Program-made: the position numbers and the translations under genes
NCBI GenBank assembly: GCA_965238005.1
Contig: OZ250165.1
Coordinates: 1,728,001 to 1,792,000 of the forward strand
DNA from: Longimicrobiales bacterium
GTDB lineage: Bacteria > Gemmatimonadota > Gemmatimonadetes > Longimicrobiales > Gaopeijiaceae
Direction: 5' to 3'
Length of the DNA stretch: 64,000 nt
Shown: in pieces, positions 39,285 to 49,480 of the stretch
Numbering within the stretch: the stretch's first letter is position 1
How the letters are laid out: every line of letters starts with the position of its first letter
The notes under the pieces: generated by a model
Told to the model about the DNA's origin: nothing
Databases searched by the model: none
The model's input: only the letters and a program-made list of their open reading frames with translations

Positions 39285-40557
39285 TCAGGAGCGACCATGC
39301 GAGTCCACGGCGAACGAACCACCAGGTCGGTGTACACGTTTCGATTCTCTGCCCCTCGTCGGACTGGTCGCCCGCGCGAGGTACTGGCGAAAGAACTGAG
39401 GACGGTCCCTCCCGAGACTCAGATGTTCGGGACGGATGGACACCCCCGAGGCGGTGACCACTGCCCTAGCCAGGCAGTTCTCCAACTCTCGGACGTTCCC
39501 TGGTCAGTCGTGACTGGTGAGGGCCGCCAGCGTGTCGTCGGCCAGGGTAGGAGGGTCGCGTTGGAGAGAATGGCTCACGCGCCGTACGAGATGCTCCGCC
39601 AGCGCCCGAATGTCGTCCGGTCGCTCGCGGAGGGGCGGGATATCGATATCGATCACCCTGATGCGGTAGTAGAGGTCGGTGCGGAACGCCCCGCTCTCCA
39701 GGAGTGCCTCCAGATCCCTATGCGTGGCGACGATCACCCCGCGCTTCGGTGCGTCTCGGGTGATCCGAGCCGACCGCATAGATCTCCTGCTCCTGGAGGA
39801 CGCGCAGGAGGCGGCTCTGGAACTGATCGCTGGTCTCCCCGATCTCGTCCAGGAAGATGGTGCCCCGACCGGCCGAGACGAATCGCCCCGCACGGTCGCT
39901 CGAGGCACCGGTGAACGCGCCTTTCACGTGTCCGAAGAGCTCGGACTCGAGCAGGCCCTCTGGCGGGGCCGCACAGTTCACCGCCACAAATGGCTCGGCT
40001 GAGTCTGCGGAGTTGTGATGGATCGACCGGGCCACCAGCTCCTTTCCGGTCCCGCTCTCCCCCCGGATGAGCACGGTGACGCGGTTCCCCGCGGCCTGTC
40101 CCACGCGCTTGAAGACCTCGATCATCCCTGGCGTGTGCCCGATGATGTCGGTACCTGGGGGAGTCCCGTCCGCGACATCTATAGGTTCGGCGGGTACCTG
40201 CCGCCCCGAGCGTTGCTTCGGGATCTTTCCGACGACCTCACGCACCTGATGCAGGTCCAGTGGCTTGACCAGAAAATCCACGGCCCCATCCCGCATGGCG
40301 GTCGCCACCGTCGGAAGATCCTCATACGCCGACATGACGATCACGGCGATGTCGGGGCTCCGTTCCCGGAGGAGCCGCAGCAGCTCGAGCCCGTCCATAC
40401 CCGGCATTCGCACATCGACGAGGGCGACGTCCGGGTCGACTTCAGCGATCACCTGGAGCGCCCCTTCCGCACTCGCGGCGGTGGTCACCGTCACGTTCGG
40501 TCCGTCCAGCGCATCGAAGAGGGAGCGCCGGATTCGCTCGTCGTCATCGACAATGAG
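39285..40557 (-). pseudogene. Sigma54-dependent response regulator (NtrC-type), broken
   Basis: LIVDDD, GESGTGKE, GAFTGA; frameshift near 39740; HD*PGN nonsense codon at 39504-39506; start missing. Confidence 0.9.
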
Positions 40558-40645
40558 AAAGGAAGAAGAGAACCTGATTGCGAGATTCGGCGACGACTAC
40601 CGGGGCTACATGGAACGTACCCGCCGCTTCTTTCCGCAGCTGTGA
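40553..40645 (+). pseudogene. ICMT/PEMT methyltransferase C-terminal fragment
   Basis: KEEENLIARFGDDYRGYMERTRRFFP. Confidence 0.65.
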
Positions 40646-41041
40646 GGAGGAGTGAGAGAGAGGGTGATCTGGCGGTCGCCCATCCTCAGGATCACCCATA
40701 ACAACCCCCTGACCCTCTGTCAGGTATGGGCTGATTCACCTCACTTGACGCTTGGATGAAGTCACTCACGACGGAACCCGCCTTCACCGCCCGCGAAGCG
40801 ATCTCGAGCCGCACCGTCCCCTGGCGCCAGGCGAAGAAGGCGACGTACAGGGTCTCATCCATCTTGGCGGTGTCGGTGGCGAAGAATCGTATTCTGCGAG
40901 AACCGGGCGATAGGTGCGATCGCTCACGGATGCCGAGGTGGCTGTCCGGTACCCGGTGCCACTCCAGCTGGCCGCAGAATCGTCTCTAAATTATGTATGC
41001 AGTGCAGGATCTCTGTCTTCCCCTAGGAGGCTAGGGCACCG

Positions 41042-41566
41042 TTGGACTTCTCCTCTGTGCTTCGCTGGAGTCGCGCATTTGCTTTCACGGTTCTCGTACC
41101 CGGCACCGTGACCGTGCTCTTGCCCTATTACATCCTTGACGGCAGCGCGTCACTCCAGCAGGTGCGGTGGGAACCGCTCGTGATCGCAGATGGGTTGGTG
41201 CTCTTAGTGGGCGTCGGGGTCTACGGTCGCTGTCTGTGGGAGTTCGTGCAGAAGGGCCAGGGTATTCCTGCGCCCATCGATCACCCCAAGGAACTGGTCG
41301 TCACCGGCCTGTATCGGTATGTGCGCAATCCGATGTATCTCGGGGTGTTTGCTATCCTCATCGGTGAAGTGCTCACCTTGGGGTCACGGGCGCTGTTCGT
41401 TTATGCGGCTGTCTGGCTTCTGGTAGTGCATATCGTCATCCTGGTGTACGAAGAGCCGAACCTCCGCGCTCGATTCGGTGAGAGTTACCAGCAGTACTGT
41501 GCGCACGTGCGGCGTTGGGTGCCCGGGCGGTCCTTCGAGGGCGGAACCAACCCATCCGCACAATGA
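41042..41566 (+). CDS. Isoprenylcysteine carboxyl methyltransferase/PEMT-family protein
   Basis: LVVTGLYRYVRNPMY, YEEPNLRARFGESYQQY. Confidence 0.9.
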   Translation: MDFSSVLRWSRAFAFTVLVPGTVTVLLPYYILDGSASLQQVRWEPLVIADGLVLLVGVGVYGRCLWEFVQKGQGIPAPIDHPKELVVTGLYRYVRNPMYLGVFAILIGEVLTLGSRALFVYAAVWLLVVHIVILVYEEPNLRARFGESYQQYCAHVRRWVPGRSFEGGTNPSAQ

Positions 41567-41754
41567 CATGGTATTTTGGACATGCATCTCCATACGTATA
41601 CTTACGATACGAAGATTCGTACACCGATCGCCGACGCGGGCCACGCCAGATCCTGCACCCCTTTTTCGTGACTCTCCGGATAGCGTAAGTTCCTGGTTTG
41701 AAAGCCGGTCAGACCGCCGAGCGGGATTCGCTTGCCGCGGGAACAAGAGCATCG

Positions 41755-41880
41755 CGCCGCATGCACCTGTCCCCCCACGCTGATGTGCCAGAGATCCTCG
41801 CCCGTGGGGTCATCGACAGCGAAGAAGTAGCCGTCCCCGCTCCCCGAGAAGAGGAGCTCGCCTGAGGTCGTCAGGATGCG
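41755..41880 (-). pseudogene. PQQ-dependent dehydrogenase fragment
   Basis: ILTTSGELLFSGSGDGYFFAVDDPTGEDLW. Confidence 0.65.
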
Positions 41881-41899
41881 ACAAACTCAGTTTCGGCCC

Positions 41900-42045
41900 G
41901 GAATGGAAGAGGTGCAATGACGTCTTCAGGACCTTGATGATCAAGAGTGAGGGGACCGCGATCCCAGCGCATGGGCGCTGCTACAACCTCACGGTCGGGA
42001 ATATCTACGAGGAGAATCTGAGAACGATCTGGAATTCGCCCTGTG
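41900..42045 (+). pseudogene. Radical SAM SPASM-domain fragment
   Basis: CNDVFRTLMIKSEGTAIPAHGRCYNLTVGNIYEENLRTIWNS. Confidence 0.6.
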
Positions 42046-42142
42046 TTGGGGATGTCACGTGGCCCTCTGCAACCGGAGTCGATGCGCCACCCAGACAGCG
42101 ATCGGCTTGGCCACGTCCGGGGAATTCGAGTCAGGAGAGAGA

Positions 42143-43210
42143 ATGCGTGTATCGAACATGATCCAAGCCGTCGACACTCACGCGTGCGGTGAGCCCGGGC
42201 GTGTCATCGTCGGAGGTGTGCTGGACGTTCCTGGGGAGACCATGTTCGAGAAGATGGTCTACCTCCGGACCCAGGCCGACGACCTTCGCCTGCGGATGCT
42301 GAGGGAGCCCCGCGGTTACCCCGCCGCCAACTGTAATTTGATCCTGCCCCCGACCAGACCGGAGGCCGACGCCGGGTACGTGATCATGGAGCAGGTGGAA
42401 TATCCGGGCATGTCGGGCACCAACACCATCGCCGTCACCACCGTCCTCATCGAGACCGGCATGGTCGACGTCGAGGAGCCGATGACGGAGCTCGTGCTCG
42501 AGGCTCCGGCCGGACTGATCGGGGTGCGCGCCGAGGTACACAAGGGGAAGGTCAAGGCAGTGACCTTCGAGAACGTGCCCGCGTTCGCCGTGCATCTCGA
42601 CGCCCCCGTGGAAGTCCCCGAGCTCGGCACCGTAACGGTGGATGTGGCCTACGGCGGCATGTTCTACGTCATCGCCGATGCCGAGCCGCTGGGTCTCGCG
42701 TTGACCCCTGACGAGGCCGCCGATGCGGTGCGGGTGGGTGAGATGATCAAGGCCGCAACCCATGAGCAGCTCGACTGCATCCATCCGGACAACCCAGAGA
42801 TCCGAGGGGTGACCATCGCCCAGCTCTCCGCCCCGCCGCTCGGCCCGGATGCAGACCGGAGGAACACGGTGATCGTCTCCACCGGGAAGCTCGACTGGGA
42901 TCGCCCGTCGACCTGGAAGGGCGTTCTGGACCGCTCGCCGTGCGGCACAGGCACATGCGCCAAGATGGCCGCTCTGCACGCCAAGGGGGAGCTGCCGCTA
43001 GACCGGGATTTCCGGCATGAGGGCATTCTCGGCACGATCTTCACAGGCCGGCTCTTGAGGGAGACCAAGGTAGGAGAGTATCGAGCCGTGGTCCCGACAC
43101 TGACCGGAACCGCGTGGATCACCGGCTTCGCACAGTACGTGGTCGATCCGGAGGACCCGTTTCCCAACGGCTTCACCGTGGGCGACATCTGGAGCTCCCA
43201 GGACGAGTGA
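42143..43210 (+). CDS. Proline racemase-family protein (Ser/Cys dyad)
   Basis: HACGEP, EPRG, MSGTN, DRSPCGTGT; AGGAG SD. Confidence 0.92.
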   Translation: MRVSNMIQAVDTHACGEPGRVIVGGVLDVPGETMFEKMVYLRTQADDLRLRMLREPRGYPAANCNLILPPTRPEADAGYVIMEQVEYPGMSGTNTIAVTTVLIETGMVDVEEPMTELVLEAPAGLIGVRAEVHKGKVKAVTFENVPAFAVHLDAPVEVPELGTVTVDVAYGGMFYVIADAEPLGLALTPDEAADAVRVGEMIKAATHEQLDCIHPDNPEIRGVTIAQLSAPPLGPDADRRNTVIVSTGKLDWDRPSTWKGVLDRSPCGTGTCAKMAALHAKGELPLDRDFRHEGILGTIFTGRLLRETKVGEYRAVVPTLTGTAWITGFAQYVVDPEDPFPNGFTVGDIWSSQDE

Positions 43211-43228
43211 CGGGGGAGGGGGGCGACC

Positions 43229-43633
43229 GTGATCTACCTCGTCCTGGCCGATCTGGTCCTTCTCCTCCACTTCGCGTTCCTCGTCTTCGTCACAGTGGGC
43301 GTGGCACTCGTGTTTCGCTGGTCGAGGCTGGCTTGGATCCACGTCCCCTGTGTCTTCTGGGGCGCGTGGATCGAATTTCGGGGGTGGATCTGTCCCCTCA
43401 CTCCCCTGGAGAATGGCCTCCGGAGGTTGGGTGGTGAGGCCCGATACCCAGGAGGCTTCATCGATCACTACCTGGGTCCGATCATCTACCCGTCCGGTCT
43501 GACCCATAGGACACAGTTGCTCCTCGGGATCGCTCTGGTCGTGTTCAACGTCGGGGCCTATGGGCTGATGGCCTGGCGCCGCCTGCGAGCCGCTGAGGGG
43601 GACCAGCTCGACCGGATCAGCCGAGAGTATTGA
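43229..43633 (+). CDS. DUF2784-like membrane protein
   Basis: LADLVLLLHFAF, WICPLTPLEN, GFIDHY. Confidence 0.85.
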   Translation: MIYLVLADLVLLLHFAFLVFVTVGVALVFRWSRLAWIHVPCVFWGAWIEFRGWICPLTPLENGLRRLGGEARYPGGFIDHYLGPIIYPSGLTHRTQLLLGIALVVFNVGAYGLMAWRRLRAAEGDQLDRISREY

Positions 43634-43738
43634 CCAGGATGGCCCCTTGAGCGTGGCCGGCGCCCCAGCGCGCCACCGCCTCTGCGGTGCCGAAGAAGCG
43701 AATCGAGTAAATTTCTCAACTACGAGAAAAGCCCAGGG

Positions 43739-45114
43739 GGTAGTGTCCCTAGATTTGTGTAAAAGCGGATAAGCTGGACAGGAGGGAAAGAAAAACGGAA
43801 GCTCCTCTGTTGTTGTTCACTGTCACATGAACCCGGGAGTCCGGGTCTGCAGAGCAGGCTCGGAACCGGAGAGGAGCTTCCGATGCAAGAGATTGTGGAG
43901 ATCGGTCGGGCCACGCAAGACGAGCTACGCGATGATTTGCGCGAGCTGTTTCAAGGCGCGATCCGGCTGACGCTCGAGATGGTGCTGGAAGAGGAGCTGA
44001 AGGCCATGGTAGGTGCACGCCGCTTCGAGCGGGTGGGAAGCCGGAAGGACCATAGGAACGGCACATACCTGAGGCGGCTGCTGACGAGCCTGGGGCAGAT
44101 CGAGGTCGCCATGCCCCGGAGCCGGGACAACGGTTCGCCGGCCGACGTGATCGGCCGCTACCAGCGCAGGAGCCCCGAGCTCGACGAGATGATGGTCGAG
44201 GCGTATGTGAGCGGCGTGTCACAGCGCAAGATGGGCGACGTCACCGAGGCGCTGATGGGCGAGCGTGTTGGGCGCTCGACGGTGAGTCGTGTGGCAAAAC
44301 GGCTCGACGAGGCCGTGGAAGGGCTGCGCCGTGCGCCGATCGAGGGGCCTCACCCCTATCTGTACCTGGACGCCACGTTCTTGGACGCCCGCTGGGCCCG
44401 CAAAGTCGAGAACGTGAGTGCGCTCGTGGCGTATGCAGTGGGCCCTGAGGGTCACCGACGGCTCCTGGCCGTCACGCTGGGCGCTGAGGAGTCGCAGCAG
44501 AGCTGGTCGGAGCTCCTCGAGCAACTCCAGGACCGCGGCCTCGGCGGTGTCGAGCTCGTGATCGCCGATGAGCACGCAGGCCTGGCAGCTGCGGTCCGCC
44601 GCTTCCTGCCCGAGGCACGCCGTCAGAGGTGTACGGTCCATCTGCAGCGTAATGTGGGGGCGAGGGTCCCCCACCGCCTACGCAAGCGCGTGGCGCGTGA
44701 GGTCTCGGTGATCTTCCAGACATCCGGACTCGCCGAGGCGAAGAAGCTCCTGGGCGAGTTCGGCGCACGCTGGAAGAAGGAGCTGCCCGAGGCCGTGGAG
44801 GTCCTGGAGCGGGGCTTCGGGGCAGCGACGCAGTTCTACGCGTTCCCCGAGGCGCACTGGCCCCGGCTGCGTACCACCAACAGCCTCGAGCGGCTGCACG
44901 GCGAGATCAAACGCAGGACCAAGGCCGCCGGCGCCTTCCCGGACCGGGCCAGCGCCCTCAGGCTCATCACGGCCGTCGCACTCAGGACCACACACGTCTG
45001 GGGCGACCGGCGTTACCTCGACCTGTCACTCCTCCAGAAACAGGAGGTCGCCCAAGCAGCCTAGCCGAAGGCGAGGAGCTTCCTCCGCTTTTACACACAA
45101 ATCGGGACTTGACC
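43739..45114 (+). mobile_element. IS256-family element A
   Basis: Imperfect IRs (GGTAGTGTCCC...AAAAGCGGA / TCCGCTTTT...GGGACTTGACC); 8-bp TSD GCCCAGGG. Confidence 0.93.
43883..45064 (+). CDS. IS256-family transposase
   Basis: HRNG, YLYLDA, VIADEHAGL, QRCTVH, RTTNSLERLHGEIKRR. Confidence 0.95.
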   Translation: MQEIVEIGRATQDELRDDLRELFQGAIRLTLEMVLEEELKAMVGARRFERVGSRKDHRNGTYLRRLLTSLGQIEVAMPRSRDNGSPADVIGRYQRRSPELDEMMVEAYVSGVSQRKMGDVTEALMGERVGRSTVSRVAKRLDEAVEGLRRAPIEGPHPYLYLDATFLDARWARKVENVSALVAYAVGPEGHRRLLAVTLGAEESQQSWSELLEQLQDRGLGGVELVIADEHAGLAAAVRRFLPEARRQRCTVHLQRNVGARVPHRLRKRVAREVSVIFQTSGLAEAKKLLGEFGARWKKELPEAVEVLERGFGAATQFYAFPEAHWPRLRTTNSLERLHGEIKRRTKAAGAFPDRASALRLITAVALRTTHVWGDRRYLDLSLLQKQEVAQAA

Positions 45115-45603
45115 GCCCAGGGATCACACTATCAAACGGCGGACCCCAGCCACACTCTCCCCACGCCATCCCCAGCCCGCCAGGCCGGAGCCCACGGCCC
45201 GATCATCTCCCCGACTTTATGACAACCGTTACCAAGGGATTGGATAGGTCATCCAACATGAACGCGCGGGGTGCGCTCAAGGTTCCCGCCGGTTTCTGAA
45301 CGTCAGCCGCTTGGATGTCGAACCACCATCGCAAAGTCGTGACGTTGACGGCGATATGACGCCCCAAAAAGGCCCTCTCGTGGTACGGTGAGGATGGAGC
45401 GGACGGGAGCGGGGTCGGTGACGAAGGGGTAACGTGTTCCGCACCGATCGCTTTCCGGTGGCCCATAGAGCGCCGCTCTGTGCATCACTGCGTCAGATGG
45501 GTCCGAAACCGCGCGAGGGCCGGTCCGCCGACTCAGTCCCTTGCTCTTTCCCCATTTTGTCCCGGTATTTGTTGGACGGTCGTTCCCAGCAAAAAGAGAG
45601 GCT

Positions 45604-47589
45604 ATGGACCAGTCCAGGGAGAATGCCGAAACGCAAGACACATCGGCGATGGGGGCCAGAACGTCGGTTCTTCGCTGGCCACCTCCAGGGCTGGAACGAC
45701 TACAGGGCGACGTCTGGAACGTAGTTCGTAGCGGCACCCTTGCCGCACTGATCCTGGTCTTCCCGCTTCTTCTCTCCATCTCACTGAGGCAGGACTTCTG
45801 GAGTCTGGGCCCACTCGGCAGCGCCTGGTGGGTCATCCTCATCACTACCGGCGTGGGTATGGGTCTGTTTCTGGAGACGTTCGTCACGCTCATGCGCCTT
45901 CTCCGGCGTGCCAGCAAAGCCGTCGACAGGGGGTATCAATGGCGCATTGTGGCGCAGGTAGCCTGTGATGAACGTCGTGACACGGGTTTTCTCCTTCAGG
46001 GAGCCAGGTGGTACTCCGTCCTCGAGGAGGAGCAACAGAGCAGGGTAGCCGGACTGCGACTGATGGGCGCGGCCGTACAGGTGGCGTCCATCTTGTGGCT
46101 CGCGGCCGGCTTCGCGGTCTCGGTGCTCCTGGCGGCACAGGGGACCTTCACAGCGACCGGCGTAATCGTTTTCACTCTGGGCCCGGCCGCCGTATGCCTC
46201 CTCGTCGCCCTCCTGGCGAGGGCGGCCGAGGGGAACCTGGTTCGACGGGCCCGCAGGGAGTGGTTCAGCCAGCCGTGGGCGGAGCAGCTGGAGGTCAGCG
46301 AGGTGGAGGAATGGCAGAACCGTCTGGCGGGAGACCGTGGATCGAGCGCGCCGCACATTCCATCGACGCGCAATGCGAGGGTCCTCCGGCTGTCAGCCAT
46401 GGGAGTGGGCGTTCTGGGCGTCTTGGCTTTGCTGCCTCCCTTCACCCTGGCCCCCACGTCGGCCCTCGGGCCTATCATGGCCTCGGGAGCGATCCCACGG
46501 TTCGCTCAGACGCAGGAGAGGGCTGCCAGAGCGGAGGCGTATCGCCCGTATCGAGTCTCTGAAGATCCTGCCATCGGCGCCGTGGAGGCGGGCCAGCTCC
46601 TTCAGACCCTCATGTATGTCGGTCGCGGGGAGGGTACCGTGCTGGGCGAGGTGCCACCGCCCAAGCGCTACTTCGAGCCCTGGTTCCCACTGCTCGACCG
46701 CACCGGGGGACCCACGGGCGTCGATCCGAGACGTTGGGGGAAGGACCTGCTGCCGCGAGCCCGCACCTTGTCGCCGGATGAAGTCGAGTTTCTGGCCGGT
46801 ATCGCGTCGCATGAAGCGCACAGGGACTTCTCACGCCTCGCGTCTGCGCCTGAGCTCGACGTCATGGCTGGGCGCTGGAAGATTCCGTTCGAGGATGTGG
46901 GAATCGCCACCCTCCCGGTACCGCGTTTCAACCATCTCACCCAGGGAGCCCACGCCCATTTGGGGAAGGCCATTCACGAGCTCGCCCTCGGGGACGAATC
47001 TCGCGCCGACGCGACGATTCGGGAAGTACTCTCAGTGGGCTTTCTCATCGCCGGCGACGGACCCACGCTCATCGACAACCTGATCGGCTTCGCGCTGGTG
47101 AATCTGGGAGCAACAGCCCTCGAGACCTTCTACGAGACGACAGCGCGGTCCACGGACCTGGCGGCGTTGCGCCAGGCTCGTGACGCCGCCCTGCGGGCCG
47201 CCCACATGCTGACGCAAGAGCGATCCGAGACCCTGGAGAGCACGCTGGCCGAGCTTCCGGCGATCGCGGCGAGCCCCGTGGCCCTAAGGGGTCTCCGATG
47301 GGAGTTCTTCACCCTGACCAACACCATCGCGCCCTGCATCAACCTGAACCGGATCGTGTTCGGGCCCGACGCGGACTACGCCCGATGGGTGGAAGAGGTG
47401 AGACGGTCCCTCGTCAGGTGGCCCTCGGAGGAGGCTCTTTTCGACCTGGCCCTGGACGGATACTTCGGGGCTCCCTCGGATCCGGGCAGCTCCACCCTCC
47501 TCGGCCGGACGCTGGGCGTCGCCATGGGCGGATCGGACGCCCCCGGCAGCTGCTCGGCCGTCTTCCGACGACTCAGTACGGGCCGGTAG
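45604..47589 (+). CDS. Hypothetical membrane protein
   Basis: Long ORF with several TM segments. Confidence 0.75.
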   Translation: MDQSRENAETQDTSAMGARTSVLRWPPPGLERLQGDVWNVVRSGTLAALILVFPLLLSISLRQDFWSLGPLGSAWWVILITTGVGMGLFLETFVTLMRLLRRASKAVDRGYQWRIVAQVACDERRDTGFLLQGARWYSVLEEEQQSRVAGLRLMGAAVQVASILWLAAGFAVSVLLAAQGTFTATGVIVFTLGPAAVCLLVALLARAAEGNLVRRARREWFSQPWAEQLEVSEVEEWQNRLAGDRGSSAPHIPSTRNARVLRLSAMGVGVLGVLALLPPFTLAPTSALGPIMASGAIPRFAQTQERAARAEAYRPYRVSEDPAIGAVEAGQLLQTLMYVGRGEGTVLGEVPPPKRYFEPWFPLLDRTGGPTGVDPRRWGKDLLPRARTLSPDEVEFLAGIASHEAHRDFSRLASAPELDVMAGRWKIPFEDVGIATLPVPRFNHLTQGAHAHLGKAIHELALGDESRADATIREVLSVGFLIAGDGPTLIDNLIGFALVNLGATALETFYETTARSTDLAALRQARDAALRAAHMLTQERSETLESTLAELPAIAASPVALRGLRWEFFTLTNTIAPCINLNRIVFGPDADYARWVEEVRRSLVRWPSEEALFDLALDGYFGAPSDPGSSTLLGRTLGVAMGGSDAPGSCSAVFRRLSTGR

Positions 47590-47672
47590 CTTCCCGTCGC
47601 TCGGCTTGATGGGAGGGACACTAAGGCCGCAGATTGACGTTGCGTACCAGCATGTCTTGGTGAGGGTCGTCC

Positions 47673-48071
47673 ATGCTGGAGTCTGCCGGCAAAATCGGAA
47701 CTCAGCTCGCCGTTCTCTTCGCGGTGGCGTGTGGGGGGTCATACGGGTCGACGGTCATGCAGGTAGCAGGCTCCTACGATGGGCAGTGGCTGGTGGAGGG
47801 AAGCGACATCTCGGGGATTCTGGACATCGCACAGACCGGCACCGAGCTGCTGGCCACTTTCAATGCCGTCAGCATCGGCCTCGCAGCACAGGGCTCGGGG
47901 ACGATCGGCGATGATCGAATCGAGCTTACCTTGAGCTACAGTTTCCAGTGCCCCGGCACGGCGGTCATGAGGGGCCGCATCACGGCGGAGAACATGCGCT
48001 ATACGGGCGACATCACTGCCTCCGACTGCACCGGCGAGGCGATCGGCACATTCTCCTTCGTCCCTCGTTAG
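47673..48071 (+). CDS. Hypothetical lipoprotein
   Basis: AVAC lipobox; beta-rich sequence. Confidence 0.65.
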   Translation: MLESAGKIGTQLAVLFAVACGGSYGSTVMQVAGSYDGQWLVEGSDISGILDIAQTGTELLATFNAVSIGLAAQGSGTIGDDRIELTLSYSFQCPGTAVMRGRITAENMRYTGDITASDCTGEAIGTFSFVPR

Positions 48072-48163
48072 AAGGCTGTTGAAGAGGTACAGTGGGCCGC
48101 GTTGCGGACCTACCACGGTCTGTTAGGTTCCACCAGGTTCGGGCCGGGAAAGGGCCGGCTCCA

Positions 48164-48237
<74 letters not shown>

Positions 48238-48333
48238 CTGACCTAACACATTATAGGACAATTAGTTAGCGGTTAGGGCTTGTGCAGTAGGCCCATAAAC
48301 AGTAACGTCTAACAGTAACAAGGAGACGCTGCT

Positions 48334-49428
48334 GTGCCCAAGCTCTATACCCGCAATCAGGGCGGAAATCTCCGCTATTATGCCGACCTCCGAGACATCG
48401 GTGGCGGCCAAGTGGCACTCAAGCCTCCTGGCGCGAGTCGCGCCACCACCGACGAGATCGAGGCCCACAAGCTCCTCGCCGCCAAGATCGAACATATCCA
48501 GGGCACGGTGCCAGCGACTGGCTCTGCTCGCCTCAAACCATTCGTGGATGAGTTCATTCGCCAGAATCCCGGCGAGGTGACGGAGCAGTGGATTCACGAC
48601 ACTGAGCTACGCCTGCTCAAGGCCGTCGCGTACTTCGGTGCGGATCGTGACCTGATCACCATCGAGCCCAAGCACATCCGTGAGTGGTTGAACAAGAAGC
48701 TCGCTCATCTCGCCAACGGCACCCAGCGTCATTATCTGCATGCGCTCTCAGGGCTCTACCGTTACGCCCAGGAGCTTGGAGTCGTGCCCGTGGGGTACAA
48801 CCCTGTCGGCGGCCTCTATCGCAAGCCACCCATCGGTAAGAAGCGCCAGCGCACGGATGAGTTCTACGAGATCGATGAGGCTGCCGGATTCCTCGACGCT
48901 GCTCGACGGCTCGATCTACACCACCCGCTGATCGCCACCTACCTGCTCACAGGTGGACGCAGACGAGAGATCCTTGGGCTGCTGGTGGGCGATATCGACT
49001 TCGAGAACGAGCTGGCTCGCATCCAGCCCAACCGGTATCGCGGGCTCAAGCGAGTGTGGAGTGAGCGAGCCGTGCCGCTGTGGCCACAGCTTGAGGAGAT
49101 TCTCGGGCTCTACCTGAAGGGGCTAGACCGATCAGGAGATGAGCTTCTATTCCCCAGCCGAACGGGGGAGATGATCACGGATCTTCGGAAGCCCATGGGC
49201 ATCATTGCTGCTGAGGCAGGAATGCCTGAGCCACGACTCACCAAGTTCCGCCACACCTACGCCACGGCACGCCTGCAGACCACAGATGGCGGCAAGCAGA
49301 TTGCGCTCTGGACTGTGGCCAAGGAACTGGGGCACAAGAATGTGTCGCGGGTGGAGGACACGTATGGCCACCCGAGCCACTACAGGCCACGAGGCGAAGT
49401 GGTGGAGTACTGGATCGATCAGGAGTAG
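48334..49428 (+). CDS. Tyrosine recombinase/integrase of the tRNA-Arg island
   Basis: LLTGGRRRE, KFRHTY, ELGH, DTYGH; AAGGAG SD; AACAGTAAC tandem boxes between the tRNA and the gene. Confidence 0.9.
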   Translation: MPKLYTRNQGGNLRYYADLRDIGGGQVALKPPGASRATTDEIEAHKLLAAKIEHIQGTVPATGSARLKPFVDEFIRQNPGEVTEQWIHDTELRLLKAVAYFGADRDLITIEPKHIREWLNKKLAHLANGTQRHYLHALSGLYRYAQELGVVPVGYNPVGGLYRKPPIGKKRQRTDEFYEIDEAAGFLDAARRLDLHHPLIATYLLTGGRRREILGLLVGDIDFENELARIQPNRYRGLKRVWSERAVPLWPQLEEILGLYLKGLDRSGDELLFPSRTGEMITDLRKPMGIIAAEAGMPEPRLTKFRHTYATARLQTTDGGKQIALWTVAKELGHKNVSRVEDTYGHPSHYRPRGEVVEYWIDQE

Positions 49429-49480
49429 AGCAGGGGACGACTGCGAAGTATGCGAAGTCTGATCCCCCTCCTCAAATCCC

